Assembly: GCA_050176585.1 (NCBI GenBank)
Contig: JBFXHX010000001.1
Span: forward strand, 158,695-222,694
Length of the DNA stretch: 64,000 nt
Reading direction: 5' to 3'
Source: Candidatus Binatia bacterium
Lineage (GTDB): Bacteria; Desulfobacterota; Binatia; HRBIN30; CADEER01
Below the pieces are notes generated by a model. It was given only the letters and a program-made list of their open reading frames with translations. It was not told the DNA's origin and made no database searches. Position 1 is the first letter of the stretch, and every line of letters starts with the position of its first letter. This document shows, one piece after another, positions 20,274 to 30,174 of the stretch. The position numbers and the translations under genes were made by a program.

Positions 20274-20335
20274 GTCTCGCTGAATCTCTCTCCCGAACAG
20301 ACGCCGCCAGTCGGCCATCCCGAGGACGCCGCGCG

Positions 20336-20692
20336 ATGCTCGTTGAATATATTCCCGTGCTCATCACGTTTGCGCTCGCGCTCGTCATCGTGACGGTGAT
20401 GGTGAATATCAACCGCCTGCTCGGGCCGCGGAACCCCACCCCGACCAAGCTGATCCCGTTCGAATGCGGCAACGAGCCGAGCGGGCCCGCGTGGGGGCGG
20501 TTTTCGGTAAAGTTCTATCTCACCGCCATCTTATTCATCATCTTCGACGTCGAAGTGGTTTTCATGTACCCCTGGGCCATGGTGTTCCGCGAGCTGGGAT
20601 GGTCCGGTTTCGGCGCCATGGCGGTGTTCCTGTTCGTCGCCATCCTCGGGCTCTTCTATGAGTGGCGTAAGGGCGCGCTGCAGTGGGAATGA
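20336..20692 (+). CDS. nuoA: NADH-quinone oxidoreductase subunit A
   Basis: 118 aa, three TM helices, and the conserved NuoA motif (GPRNPTPTKLIPFECG). Confidence 0.9.
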   Translation: MLVEYIPVLITFALALVIVTVMVNINRLLGPRNPTPTKLIPFECGNEPSGPAWGRFSVKFYLTAILFIIFDVEVVFMYPWAMVFRELGWSGFGAMAVFLFVAILGLFYEWRKGALQWE

Positions 20693-21195
20693 CGCCCGAG
20701 GAGCTCACCGACAAGTTGCGCGGCGCGTTCGGCGAGCGCGTGGTCGACGCTTCGGTCGCGTTGGGCGAAGTGAGCGCGGTGATCCGCCGCGAAGACGCGC
20801 TGGAAACTTTCGCGGCGCTGCGCGACGACCCGGCGTTCGCGTTCAACTTCCTGATGGACGTGACCGCGGTTGACTACCTGGGTACGTCACCGCGCTTCGC
20901 CGTCGTCTATCACCTGTATTCCCTCGCGCAGGGACACCGCCTGCGGGTGAAGATCCGCGTACTCGAAGAGGACGCCTGGGTTCACTCGCTCTCGACGATC
21001 TGGAAGGCGGCGAACTGGCTCGAGCGCGAGTGCTGGGACATGTTCGGTATCCGCTTCGTCGGACATCCCGATCCGCGGCGGATTCTGCTCTACGAGGAAT
21101 TCGTCGGCCATCCGCTGCGCAAGGATTACCCCGTGGACAAGCGCCAGCCGCTGACGCCGGAGCGCGACCCGATCGCGGTCCGGTGGAGAGCGTGA
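20683..21195 (+). CDS. nuoC: NADH-quinone oxidoreductase subunit C
   Basis: 30-kDa subunit signature (ANWLERECWDMFGIRFVGHPD...LLYEEF). Overlaps the nuoA 3' end. No nuoB lies between A and C. Confidence 0.9.
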   Translation: MGMTPEELTDKLRGAFGERVVDASVALGEVSAVIRREDALETFAALRDDPAFAFNFLMDVTAVDYLGTSPRFAVVYHLYSLAQGHRLRVKIRVLEEDAWVHSLSTIWKAANWLERECWDMFGIRFVGHPDPRRILLYEEFVGHPLRKDYPVDKRQPLTPERDPIAVRWRA

Positions 21196-22403
21196 TGGAA
21201 CAGCCCGGGTACCGCGCCTCGCTCGAGGTCGACCCCACCGACGAGATCATGGAGATCCAGATGGGCCCGGCCCATCCGGCGACCCATGGGACGATCAAGT
21301 TCAACTTGAAGCTCGACGGCGAGGTCGTGCTCGAGTGCGACACCGAGGTCGGCTACCTCCACCGCGGCTTCGAGAAGATGATCGAGCAGGGGACCTGGAC
21401 CCAGGCCATCCCCTACACCGACCGGCTGAACTACGTCTCGCCGATCATCAACAACGTCGGGTTCATCCTCGGTGTCGAGCGCCTGTGCGGCATCCAGGTG
21501 CCGCCCCGGTGCGAGGTGATCCGCGTGATCATGAGCGAGATCTCGCGCATCTGTGATCACCTCACCTGCCTCGGCATGGCAGCCGCCGAAGCCGGCGCAC
21601 AGACGGTCGGCTTTCTCACCAACGAGTCGCGTGAGTTCCTGTGGGACATCGTTGAGGCGGTGACCGGAGCGCGGCTGACGATCAGCTACACGCGGATCGG
21701 CGGCGTCACCAACGACCTGCCGCGCGACATCGACGAGCGCGTCGCGCAGGCATTCCGGAACTTGCGCGGCGTGCTGAGCGACTGCGACGCGCTGCTCACC
21801 CGTAACCGCATCTTCTACGACCGCATGAACGGCATCGGCATCCTCTCGCAAGCCGATGCCATCAGCTACGGGCTGACCGGGCCGCTCCTGCGCGCCACCG
21901 GCGTCGCCTACGACGTCCGCAAAGCGCAGCCGTACTCGGGCTACGAGCGGTTCGACTTCGAAGTGCCGGTCGGCGCGACGGGCGACAACTACGACCGCTT
22001 CCTCCTGCGCTTCAACGAGATCGAGCAGAGCATGCGGATCGTCGAGCAGGGCCTGAAAGAGATCCCGGAGGGCCCGATCTCGGTCGATGATCCCCGCTAC
22101 GTGCTGCCGCACAAACACGACGTCTACAATTCCATCGAGGGCTTGATGCACCACTTCAAGCTGATCATGGAGGGCGCCAAGGTGCCGGCCGGCGAAGTGT
22201 ACCAGGCGGTCGAGGGCGGCAACGGCGAGGTCGGCTTCTACATCATCAGCGACGGCAGCGGGCGCCCGTATCGCTGCCGCGTGCGGCCGCCATGCTTTCT
22301 CGGCATGGCCGCGCTCGGCGACATGCTGAAGGGGCACATGATAGCCGACATCGTCACCACCTTCGGCATGATCAACATGATCGGCGGCGAATGCGACCGC
22401 TGA
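21195..22403 (+). CDS. nuoD: NADH-quinone oxidoreductase subunit D
   Basis: ATG overlaps the nuoC TGA (TGATG). 49-kDa subunit signature (MGPAHPATHGT...LHRGFEKM...). Confidence 0.9.
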   Translation: MEQPGYRASLEVDPTDEIMEIQMGPAHPATHGTIKFNLKLDGEVVLECDTEVGYLHRGFEKMIEQGTWTQAIPYTDRLNYVSPIINNVGFILGVERLCGIQVPPRCEVIRVIMSEISRICDHLTCLGMAAAEAGAQTVGFLTNESREFLWDIVEAVTGARLTISYTRIGGVTNDLPRDIDERVAQAFRNLRGVLSDCDALLTRNRIFYDRMNGIGILSQADAISYGLTGPLLRATGVAYDVRKAQPYSGYERFDFEVPVGATGDNYDRFLLRFNEIEQSMRIVEQGLKEIPEGPISVDDPRYVLPHKHDVYNSIEGLMHHFKLIMEGAKVPAGEVYQAVEGGNGEVGFYIISDGSGRPYRCRVRPPCFLGMAALGDMLKGHMIADIVTTFGMINMIGGECDR

Positions 22404-22497
22404 CCCGCACTCCCCGTTCCGCCGGCGCCGGCCGGATCGCCACACCGGGCAGGGGGCGCCGGGCCGCGCGCCGCCGCCACTCGTAGAGCGAGCAAAC

Positions 22498-22977
22498 ATG
22501 GCCGTCCAGTTTTCTCCCGCCGCGCAGGCGAAGTTCGAGCAGTATCTCAGCCGATACCCAATCAAGCGAGCGGCGATCATGCCGACCCTCTGGCTCGCGC
22601 AGGAGGAGTTCGGGTGGCTGAGCGACGAGGTGATCGAGTACGTCGCCGACCTGCTCGAGCTCACCCCGGCATTCGTCGCCTCCGTCGCCTCTTTTTACAC
22701 GATGTATTACCGGCGCCCGGTGGGAAAACACCACGTGCAGGTGTGCACGAACCTCTCGTGCGTGTTGCGCGGCGCCGATGACATCGTGGACTGTTTGCGC
22801 ACCCATCTGCGGATCGGCCTCGGACACACCACCGAGGATGGGCTCTTCACGCTGAGCGAGGTGGAGTGCCTGGGCTCGTGCGGCACCGCGCCGATGATGC
22901 AGATCAACGACGATTACTGGGAGAACCTGAGCCCCGAGCGCACGCTCGAGATCGTCGATCGGTTGGCGCGCGAGTAG
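22498..22977 (+). CDS. nuoE: NADH-quinone oxidoreductase subunit E
   Basis: 24-kDa subunit with the 2Fe-2S Cys pattern (CTNLSC...CLGSCGTAP). Confidence 0.9.
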   Translation: MAVQFSPAAQAKFEQYLSRYPIKRAAIMPTLWLAQEEFGWLSDEVIEYVADLLELTPAFVASVASFYTMYYRRPVGKHHVQVCTNLSCVLRGADDIVDCLRTHLRIGLGHTTEDGLFTLSEVECLGSCGTAPMMQINDDYWENLSPERTLEIVDRLARE

Positions 22978-23014
22978 GCCGCGCGGTTCGAATAATCGCG
23001 AGCACGAGTGCGCT

Positions 23015-24115
23015 ATGCCAGCCTTGTTCATCGATCTCGGCATCTCCACCATCCTGGCGGCGATCGTCACGCTCAACGCGCTCCAGCTCGCCGGCTTGCT
23101 CGGCTGGATCGAGCGCAAGGGCAGCGCCCTGATTCAGGACCGCATTGGCGCCAACCGCGCCGCCATCTTCGGGTTCGCGGGGGCCGGTCTGGTCAACACC
23201 CTGATGGCCGACCCCCTCAAGTTCCTCACCAAGGAGGACGTGATCCCGCGCGGGGCGGATCGGCTGCTGCACACGCTGGCGCCCTGCCTCGCCGTGTTTC
23301 CGGCGGTGGTGGCGTTTGCGGTCATCCCGTTCGGCGATGTGCTGGTGGTCGGCGGCCGCGAGATCAACCTGCAGGTCGCGCCGCTCGACATCGGCATTCT
23401 CTACGTGCTCGCGATGGTGTCGCTCGGCGTGTACGGCGTCGTGTTGGGCGGGTGGGCGTCGAACAACCGGTGGTCGCTCCTCGGCGGCATCCGCGGTTCG
23501 GCGCAGATGATCTCGTACGAGCTGACGATGGGCCTGGCGCTCGTCGCCATGATCATGACCTATGGAACCCTCGACCTGCAGGCGATGTGCCGGGCGCAGG
23601 GCGGAACATTCCTTGGCGTGCTGCCGAATTGGGGGATCTTCTATCAGCCGCTCGCGTTTCTCCTGTTCTTCAGCGCCGGCGTGGCGGAGAGCAAGCGCGT
23701 GCCCTTCGACCTGCCGGAGAGCGAATCCGAGCTGATCAGCGGCTACTTCACCGAGTACTCGGGCATGAAGCACCTGATGTTCTTCATGACCGACTTCGTG
23801 GAGGTGGTGATCGTCGCCTCGCTCGCGACCGTGTTGTTCTTCGGCGGGTGGCAGGTGCCATTCCTGGAGCGCGACGGCTTTCACTTCGGCGAGACGATCA
23901 TCGGCCTGCCGCAGTGGATCGTGGCCGTGCTGGGGATCGCGTCGTATACGGTCAAGGTGCTGGTGCTGTGCTGGCTACAGATCATGGTGCGTTGGACGCT
24001 GCCGCGCTTTCGCTACGACCAGCTCATGCGCCTCGGCTGGATTGGCTTGATGCCGCTCGGCTTCCTGAACGCCATCGCCACTGCGGTGGTCATCCTCGCT
24101 CTCGGCGGTCACTGA
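23015..24115 (+). CDS. nuoH: NADH-quinone oxidoreductase subunit H
   Basis: NuoH/ND1 signature, 8 TM helices (GWIERKGSALIQDRIGANRA...GWASNNRWSLLGGIR). Confidence 0.9.
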   Translation: MPALFIDLGISTILAAIVTLNALQLAGLLGWIERKGSALIQDRIGANRAAIFGFAGAGLVNTLMADPLKFLTKEDVIPRGADRLLHTLAPCLAVFPAVVAFAVIPFGDVLVVGGREINLQVAPLDIGILYVLAMVSLGVYGVVLGGWASNNRWSLLGGIRGSAQMISYELTMGLALVAMIMTYGTLDLQAMCRAQGGTFLGVLPNWGIFYQPLAFLLFFSAGVAESKRVPFDLPESESELISGYFTEYSGMKHLMFFMTDFVEVVIVASLATVLFFGGWQVPFLERDGFHFGETIIGLPQWIVAVLGIASYTVKVLVLCWLQIMVRWTLPRFRYDQLMRLGWIGLMPLGFLNAIATAVVILALGGH

Positions 24116-24116
24116 G

Positions 24117-24626
24117 ATGCCGCTCTGGCTGTTCTTCCCATTGGCTACCGTCCTGCTGGTCGCCGGCCTGGGGGTGGTGCTGAGCCGGCATCCCGTCCGC
24201 AGCGCGATGAGCCTTGTCGCGACGTTGTTCCTGCTGGCCGTCTTCTTCGTCTTTCTCGACGCGGATTTCGTCGCCGCCCTGCAGGTCATCGTGTACGCCG
24301 GCGCAATCATGGTCGTGTTCTTGTTCGTGATCATGCTGCTCAACCTGCCTGAGGATGAGCCGCGCCGGCAGCGCTTCGCCTGGCAATTCGCAGCCGTGGC
24401 CGCGGGCTCGCTGTTCGCGCTCGGCTTGCTGTACTTCCTCAAGCAAGGCGGCGCGCTGGTGTCGGGCCCCGGCATGCTGGCCGCCGTGCCCACTGAATAT
24501 GGTTCGATTCGGTCCGTCGCGCTCAGCCTGTTCACGACGTATCTCCTGCCGTTCGAGATCACCGGACTGCTGATGCTGGCCTCGGTGGTCGGGGCCGTCG
24601 TGATCGCGAAGAAGAAGCTCACATGA
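24117..24626 (+). CDS. nuoJ: NADH-quinone oxidoreductase subunit J
   Basis: NuoJ/ND6-like, 169 aa, 5 TM helices, starting 1 nt after nuoH. No nuoI lies between. Confidence 0.85.
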   Translation: MPLWLFFPLATVLLVAGLGVVLSRHPVRSAMSLVATLFLLAVFFVFLDADFVAALQVIVYAGAIMVVFLFVIMLLNLPEDEPRRQRFAWQFAAVAAGSLFALGLLYFLKQGGALVSGPGMLAAVPTEYGSIRSVALSLFTTYLLPFEITGLLMLASVVGAVVIAKKKLT

Positions 24627-24934
24627 CCGCTGTGATCCCGATCAGCTACTACGTCGCGCTCAGTGCGATCCTCTTCACGGTCGGCGCGCTCGGCGTGCTC
24701 GTCCGCCGCAATGCGATCGTCATCTTCATGTGCATCGAGCTGATGCTGAATGCGGCCAACCTCGCGTTCGTCGCCTTCGCGCGGCAGTTCCAGGCGGTGG
24801 ATGGCCAGGTGATCGTCTTCTTCGTGATGACCGTCGCGGCGGCCGAGGCCGCTGTCGGCTTGGCGATCATCATCGCCGTGTTCCGCCACCGGCAGACCGT
24901 CTATGCGGACGATCTGCGGCTGTTGCGGTGGTGA
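24623..24934 (+). CDS. nuoK: NADH-quinone oxidoreductase subunit K
   Basis: NuoK/ND4L, 103 aa, ATGA overlap with nuoJ. Confidence 0.9.
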   Translation: MTAVIPISYYVALSAILFTVGALGVLVRRNAIVIFMCIELMLNAANLAFVAFARQFQAVDGQVIVFFVMTVAAAEAAVGLAIIIAVFRHRQTVYADDLRLLRW

Positions 24935-24945
24935 GCCCGCCCGCC

Positions 24946-26406
24946 ATGGCGCCGACCGACATCTCCTGGCTCGCGATCCTGCCCGGCCTCATCGTCACCG
25001 GCACGGCCGCGCTCGTGCTCATCGCCGATCTGTTCGTCCAGGGACCGGATCGGGAGGGGCTCGGCTGGATCGGTATCGTTGGCTTGGGCGCCGCAGCGAT
25101 CGCCGCGGCGCTCTTGTGGTCCGCGGACGCTGCCGGTTTCGGCGGCGCGTTCGTGCTCGACCGCTTCGCGGTGTTCTTCAACGTGCTGCTCTGTCTGAGC
25201 GGCATCCTGACGCTGCTGATATCGATGGACTACCTGTCCTCGATCAACATCGAGGGCGGGGAATACTACGTCCAGGTGCTCCTGGCCGTGCTCGGGATGA
25301 TGATCATGGCCCAGGCCAACGATCTCATCGTCCTCTTTCTCGGTCTTGAGCTGATGTCGATCTCGGTGTACGTGCTGGCCGGCATCTGGCGGCCGGAGCT
25401 GCGCTCGTCGGAAGGCGCGCTGAAGTACTTCCTGCTCGGCGCGTACGCGTCCGGGTTCCTGCTCTTCGGCATCGCCATGGCCTACGGCGCTTTCGGCACC
25501 ACGCTACTCGACCCGATCGCGACCAAGCTCGCCCAGCTGCCGGCCGACCAGCGCCCGCTGGCGCTGGCGGCGATGGGCCTCCTCCTCGTGGGGTTCGCGT
25601 TCAAGGTCGCCGCAGTGCCGTTCCATTCATGGGCGCCCGACGTGTACGAGGGCGCGCCGACCTCGGTGACGGCGCTGATGGCCGTCGGCGTGAAAGCTGC
25701 CGCCTTTGCCGCGTTCGCGCGCGTGTTCATCCAGGCGCTCTTGCCGCTCGCCGTGGATTGGACCGGGCTGTTGTGGGCTTTGGCCGTCCTCAGCATGACG
25801 GTGGGCAACGCCGCGGCCCTGGTGCAGCGCAACATCAAGCGCATGCTCGCCTACTCGAGCATCGCGCACGCCGGTTACCTGCTGGTGGGTCTGGTCGCCG
25901 CGGATCTGACTGGCGGCGCCGCGGTGCTGTACGGGGTCGTCGTGTACGCGCTGATGACGCTCGGCGCGTTCGCGGTCGTGATCGCGGTCGGCCGCCGCAG
26001 CGAGGCAAACGAGGACATAAGCGACTACGCCGGCCTGGGCTTTCGCTACCCGTTCCTCGGCTTCTGCATGACGGTGTTCATGCTGTCGCTGGCCGGGATC
26101 CCGCTGTTCGCCGGGTTCACCGGGAAGTTCTTTCTGTTCAGCGCCGCCATCGAGCGCGGGTACGTGTGGCTCGTCGTGATCGCGGCCCTGAACAGCGTGT
26201 TGTCGCTCTACTACTACAGCGCCGTGCTCGTGCAGATGTACATGGGCGAGGGCGGGCGCGAGGTCCAGGGCACCGCCGGGCGGCCGTACCTGGTGGCGAC
26301 GCTGCTGTTCACCAGCGCGCTCACCATCGTGCTCGGAATCTTCCCGCAGTGGGCGCTGTATCTCGCGATCCAGGCGATCCGGTCGCTCGAACGCGCCGCG
26401 GCTTGA
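24946..26406 (+). CDS. nuoN: NADH-quinone oxidoreductase subunit N (antiporter-like)
   Basis: About 486 aa, 14 TM helices, AYSSIAHAGYLLVGL motif. N-terminus resembles NuoN more than NuoM or NuoL. Alternative GTG starts exist at 24928 and 24931. Confidence 0.75.
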   Translation: MAPTDISWLAILPGLIVTGTAALVLIADLFVQGPDREGLGWIGIVGLGAAAIAAALLWSADAAGFGGAFVLDRFAVFFNVLLCLSGILTLLISMDYLSSINIEGGEYYVQVLLAVLGMMIMAQANDLIVLFLGLELMSISVYVLAGIWRPELRSSEGALKYFLLGAYASGFLLFGIAMAYGAFGTTLLDPIATKLAQLPADQRPLALAAMGLLLVGFAFKVAAVPFHSWAPDVYEGAPTSVTALMAVGVKAAAFAAFARVFIQALLPLAVDWTGLLWALAVLSMTVGNAAALVQRNIKRMLAYSSIAHAGYLLVGLVAADLTGGAAVLYGVVVYALMTLGAFAVVIAVGRRSEANEDISDYAGLGFRYPFLGFCMTVFMLSLAGIPLFAGFTGKFFLFSAAIERGYVWLVVIAALNSVLSLYYYSAVLVQMYMGEGGREVQGTAGRPYLVATLLFTSALTIVLGIFPQWALYLAIQAIRSLERAAA

Positions 26407-26422
26407 GCCATTCAAGCGGTGG

Positions 26423-27160
26423 TCAGCCGCTCAGCCCGGCCATGATGCTGGCGCCGTGCTCCATTGCGGCGACGATGGAACGGGCTGCGGCCACGGGGTC
26501 GGGCGCGTCGCGGATCGGGCTGCCGACGACCAAATAGTTCGCGCCGGCGCGGACGGCTGCCTCGGGCGTCATCACGCGCTTCTGGTCGTCCATGGTGCCC
26601 TTCGGCGGGCGAATGCCCGGCGTGATGATGAGGAAGCGCCTGCCGCATTCGCGGCGGATGCGCGCGACCTCGTGCGGCGAGGCGACCACACCGTCCATGC
26701 CGGCTTCGCGCGCCAGCTTAGCCAGACGCACCACCTGACTCTCGATGCCGCTGCGCACGCCGAGGCGCTTCAAATCGTCCTGGTTGAGGCTGGTCAACAC
26801 GGTGACGGCGAGCAACTTCGGGCGGACCGTGTGCTCGGTGCGCGAGACCTTGTTCACCTCGGCGATGGTGTGCCGCATCATCGCCACGCTGCCCGACGCG
26901 TGCACATCGAACATGCGGACACCGAGCCGGGTCGCCTCCGCGCCCGCTTTGGCCACCGTGCGCGGGATGTCGTGGAATTTGAGATCGAGAAAGACCTCGC
27001 CCCCGCGCTCCTTGATCTGCCGAATGATGTCCGGGCCGGCGTGGAGAAACAGCTGTTTGCCGACTTTGAACAGGCCCACCTCGTCGCGCAGCAGGTCCAC
27101 CAGGCGCAACGCCTCGCGGACCGAAGCGACGTCGAGCGCGAAGATCAGCCGCGACTGCAT
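26423..27160 (-). CDS. pyrF: Orotidine-5'-phosphate decarboxylase
   Basis: ALDV...DLKFHDIP...ITPGIRP motifs. Start chosen at MQSRLIFALDV. Confidence 0.85.
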   Translation of the reverse strand: MQSRLIFALDVASVREALRLVDLLRDEVGLFKVGKQLFLHAGPDIIRQIKERGGEVFLDLKFHDIPRTVAKAGAEATRLGVRMFDVHASGSVAMMRHTIAEVNKVSRTEHTVRPKLLAVTVLTSLNQDDLKRLGVRSGIESQVVRLAKLAREAGMDGVVASPHEVARIRRECGRRFLIITPGIRPPKGTMDDQKRVMTPEAAVRAGANYLVVGSPIRDAPDPVAAARSIVAAMEHGASIMAGLSG

Positions 27161-27201
27161 CTGTCCCGGCGGAATGCCGAGCAGCGAAAAGACGCCCACG
27201 A

Positions 27202-28914
27202 CTAGCCCTCGTGTACCAGTGCCGTTACGCGCGCCACGACCGCCCCGAGCGGCAGCTCTTCGGTGTCGCCACCGCGGCGCAGCTTCAGCTCGACCGCTCC
27301 CCGCGCCAGGGCCTTGGGCCCGAGGGTGAGCCGTATCGGGAGGCCGATCAGATCGGCGTCCTTGAACTTCACGCCCGGGCGCTCTTCGCGGTCGTCGTAC
27401 AGCACCTCGACTCCGGCCGCCTGGAGATCGCGGTAGAGCTGCTCGGCGGTCTCGTGCTGTGCCGTGTCTTTCGGGTTCACCGCTACCAGGTACACATGCG
27501 CCGGGGCGAGCGCCATGGGCCAGATGATGCCCTGCTCGTCGTGATGCTGCTCGATGGCCGCAGCCACGGTGCGAGTGATGCCGATTCCGTAGCAGCCCAT
27601 CTCAATGAGCTGCTCCCGCCCGTTCGCGTCCAGGTAGGTGGCGCCCATGGCCTTGCTGTATTTGGTGCCGAGATAGAATACCTGACCCACTTCGATGCCG
27701 CGGTGTCCCTCGTACACGCCGTCGGGGCAGCGCGCGCAGGCGTCGCCGGGCATGGCGGCGCGCAGATCCGCGAACGCGACATCGGGCAGGTCCCGCGCCT
27801 GGGCGACGTTCACCAGGTGATAATCGGTCTCGTTCGCACCGACGACCGCGCCGGTCATACCGCGCACCGCATGGTCCGCGATGATCCGAGCGCGGAGCCC
27901 GATCGGTCCGGCGAAGCCGACTGCGGCACCGGTGGTGTTCTCGACCGTGGCGGCATCGGCCATCGCCACCCACTGCGCGCCGAGAGCTTGCGCCAGCTTG
28001 GCTTCACTGAGCGTGTGATCCCCGCGCACGAGTGCCGCGACCGGCTCGCCCGAATCCGCGACGAACAGTAAAGTCTTGATGAAGCGCTCGGGCGGCACGC
28101 CGAGGAACTCGCTTACCTGTTCGACGCTGCGGCCGCCCGGGGTCGCCACCTTGCAGAGGTCGGCTGGCCGCCCGCCGTGCACGGGTGGCGGGACGACGGC
28201 GATACCGGCCTTCTCGATGTTCGCGGCATAGCCGCAGCGCCCGCAGCTCACCAGCGCATCCTCGCCCGACTCCGCGAGCACGTGGAACTCGTGTGACATG
28301 CTGCCGCCGATCGTTCCCGTCGCCGCCTCCACGGGGCGGAAAGTGAGCCCGCAGCGGGTGAAGATGCGCGCGTACGCGGCCGACATCGCGTGGTACTCGC
28401 GCTCGCAGTCCGCGTAATCGGTGTGAAAGGAATACGCGTCCTTCATGAGAAATTCGCGCCCGCGCATCAACCCGAAACGCGGCCGAATCTCGTCGCGGAA
28501 TTTGCTCTGGATCTGATAGAGCGTGATCGGCAAATCGCGATACGAGCGCACCTCGCGCCGCACCAAGTCGGTCACCACCTCTTCGTGCGTGGGCCCGAAG
28601 CAGAAGTCCCGTTCGTTGCGGTCCTGAAAGCGGAGCAGCTCCTTGCCGTAATGCTCCCACCGGCCGGTCTCTTGCCAGAGCTCGGCGGGGCAGACGATGG
28701 GCATCAGGATCTCCTGCGCCCCGGTGCGGTCCATCTCCTCGCGCACGATGCGCTCGACCTTGCGCACGGCGCGCAGGCCGAGCGGCAGGAGGTTGTAGAT
28801 GCCGCGCGCCAGCTGCCGCAGCATACCGGCGCGCACCATCAGCTTGTGGCTGACGACCTCGGCATCTGCGGGATCCTCCTTGAGGGTCGGGATCAGCGAA
28901 CGGCTGTATCGCAT
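27202..28914 (-). CDS. proS: Proline--tRNA ligase
   Basis: Class II aaRS ProRS signature (MRYSRSLIPTLKEDPADAEVVSHKLMVRAGM...FRDE.RPRFGLMRGREFLMKDAYSFH). Confidence 0.9.
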   Translation of the reverse strand: MRYSRSLIPTLKEDPADAEVVSHKLMVRAGMLRQLARGIYNLLPLGLRAVRKVERIVREEMDRTGAQEILMPIVCPAELWQETGRWEHYGKELLRFQDRNERDFCFGPTHEEVVTDLVRREVRSYRDLPITLYQIQSKFRDEIRPRFGLMRGREFLMKDAYSFHTDYADCEREYHAMSAAYARIFTRCGLTFRPVEAATGTIGGSMSHEFHVLAESGEDALVSCGRCGYAANIEKAGIAVVPPPVHGGRPADLCKVATPGGRSVEQVSEFLGVPPERFIKTLLFVADSGEPVAALVRGDHTLSEAKLAQALGAQWVAMADAATVENTTGAAVGFAGPIGLRARIIADHAVRGMTGAVVGANETDYHLVNVAQARDLPDVAFADLRAAMPGDACARCPDGVYEGHRGIEVGQVFYLGTKYSKAMGATYLDANGREQLIEMGCYGIGITRTVAAAIEQHHDEQGIIWPMALAPAHVYLVAVNPKDTAQHETAEQLYRDLQAAGVEVLYDDREERPGVKFKDADLIGLPIRLTLGPKALARGAVELKLRRGGDTEELPLGAVVARVTALVHEG

Positions 28915-29184
28915 GATCAGCGGATCATTAGCAGGCCCGTTTCGGCGATGATAGCGAGTTTCGGGCGTCCGACCCGCCGCGCGGCAGCGGCGCTGATGCC
29001 GCCCGCCGGTGCGACCGCCGCGAGCGGGGATCCGTTACGCAATAGTTCCGCTCTGAGACGGGCGGCGCGCGCCATGCGGCCGCCGGCGGCGGCGCCGTGG
29101 ACGGCGCATGTCCAGCGCTTTGGCCACGCTCCGGTGCGGCATCGGCATGTTTCGCCCCTGTGGTTCCGATGATATCGAAGCTCC

Positions 29185-30174
29185 ATGCAGATGCGACAGC
29201 TCGGTAGAAGTGGTCTTCAGGTTTCGGCGCTTGGGCTCGGCTGCATGGGCATGTCCGAGTTCTACGGCCCCACCGATGAAATGGAGTCGATTGCCACTAT
29301 CCACCGCGCGCTCGACCTCGGCTGCACCTTCCTCGACACCGCCGATATGTACGGCATGCATACCAACGAGGAGTTGGTCGGCCGGGCGATCAAGGACCGG
29401 CGGCAGGAGGTCGTGCTGGCGACCAAGTTCGGTATCCTCCGCGATCCCGAGAACCCGCATCTCCGCGGCGTCAGCGGGCGTCCGGAGTACGTGCGCCAGT
29501 CGTGTGAAGGCAGCCTTAAGCGGTTGGGTGTCGACGTGATCGATCTCTATTACCAGCACCGCATCGATCCGGAGACGCCGATCGAAGACACGGTGGGCGC
29601 AATGGCCCAGCTGGTGAAAGAGGGCAAGGTCCGCTACCTGGGACTCTCCGAGGCCGCCGCCCAGACGGTTCGCCGCGCCTGCGCGGTGCACCCCATTTCG
29701 GCGCTGCAGACCGAGTACTCGCTCTGGAGCCGCGATCCAGAAGATGGATTGCTCGCCACCTGCCGGGAGCTCGGCGTTGGCTTCGTCGCCTACAGCCCGC
29801 TCGGCCGCGGCTGGCTCGGCGGGAAGATCGCGCATCTCGATGATCTCGATGTGGGGGACACCCGGCGGCACAATCCGCGGTTCCAGAGCGGAAACTTCGA
29901 AAAGAACGTCGCCTTGCTCGGGCGGGTCCGCGAGCTGGCCGTCGCGAAGGGATGCTCGATGGCGCAGCTCGCCATCGCGTGGGTGCTGGCGCAGGGTGAC
30001 GACATCGTCCCCATCCCGGGCACCAAGCGACGGCGCTACCTGGACGAAAACCTCGCCGCCTTGCGCATCAGGTTCACCCGCGAGGAGCTGACCGCGCTCG
30101 ATGAGGCCGCGCCGCCGGGGGCTGCGGCGGGCGAGCGCTTCATGCCGGCGATGAAGGAGTACATCAATCGCTGA
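29185..30174 (+). CDS. Aldo/keto reductase, Tas/YghZ-like
   Basis: AKR signature (LGLGCMGMS...LDTADMYG...[10 protein letters not shown]). Confidence 0.8.
   Translation: MQMRQLGRSGLQVSALGLGCMGMSEFYGPTDEMESIATIHRALDLGCTFLDTADMYGMHTNEELVGRAIKDRRQEVVLATKFGILRDPENPHLRGVSGRPEYVRQSCEGSLKRLGVDVIDLYYQHRIDPETPIEDTVGAMAQLVKEGKVRYLGLSEAAAQTVRRACAVHPISALQTEYSLWSRDPEDGLLATCRELGVGFVAYSPLGRGWLGGKIAHLDDLDVGDTRRHNPRFQSGNFEKNVALLGRVRELAVAKGCSMAQLAIAWVLAQGDDIVPIPGTKRRRYLDENLAALRIRFTREELTALDEAAPPGAAAGERFMPAMKEYINR

Noticed and set aside
24946-26406. Assigning the last antiporter-like subunit as NuoM or NuoL instead of NuoN
   Set aside because: Length (about 486 aa) and the N-terminal and AYSSIAHAGY motifs fit NuoN better, though I cannot exclude NuoM without a phylogeny.
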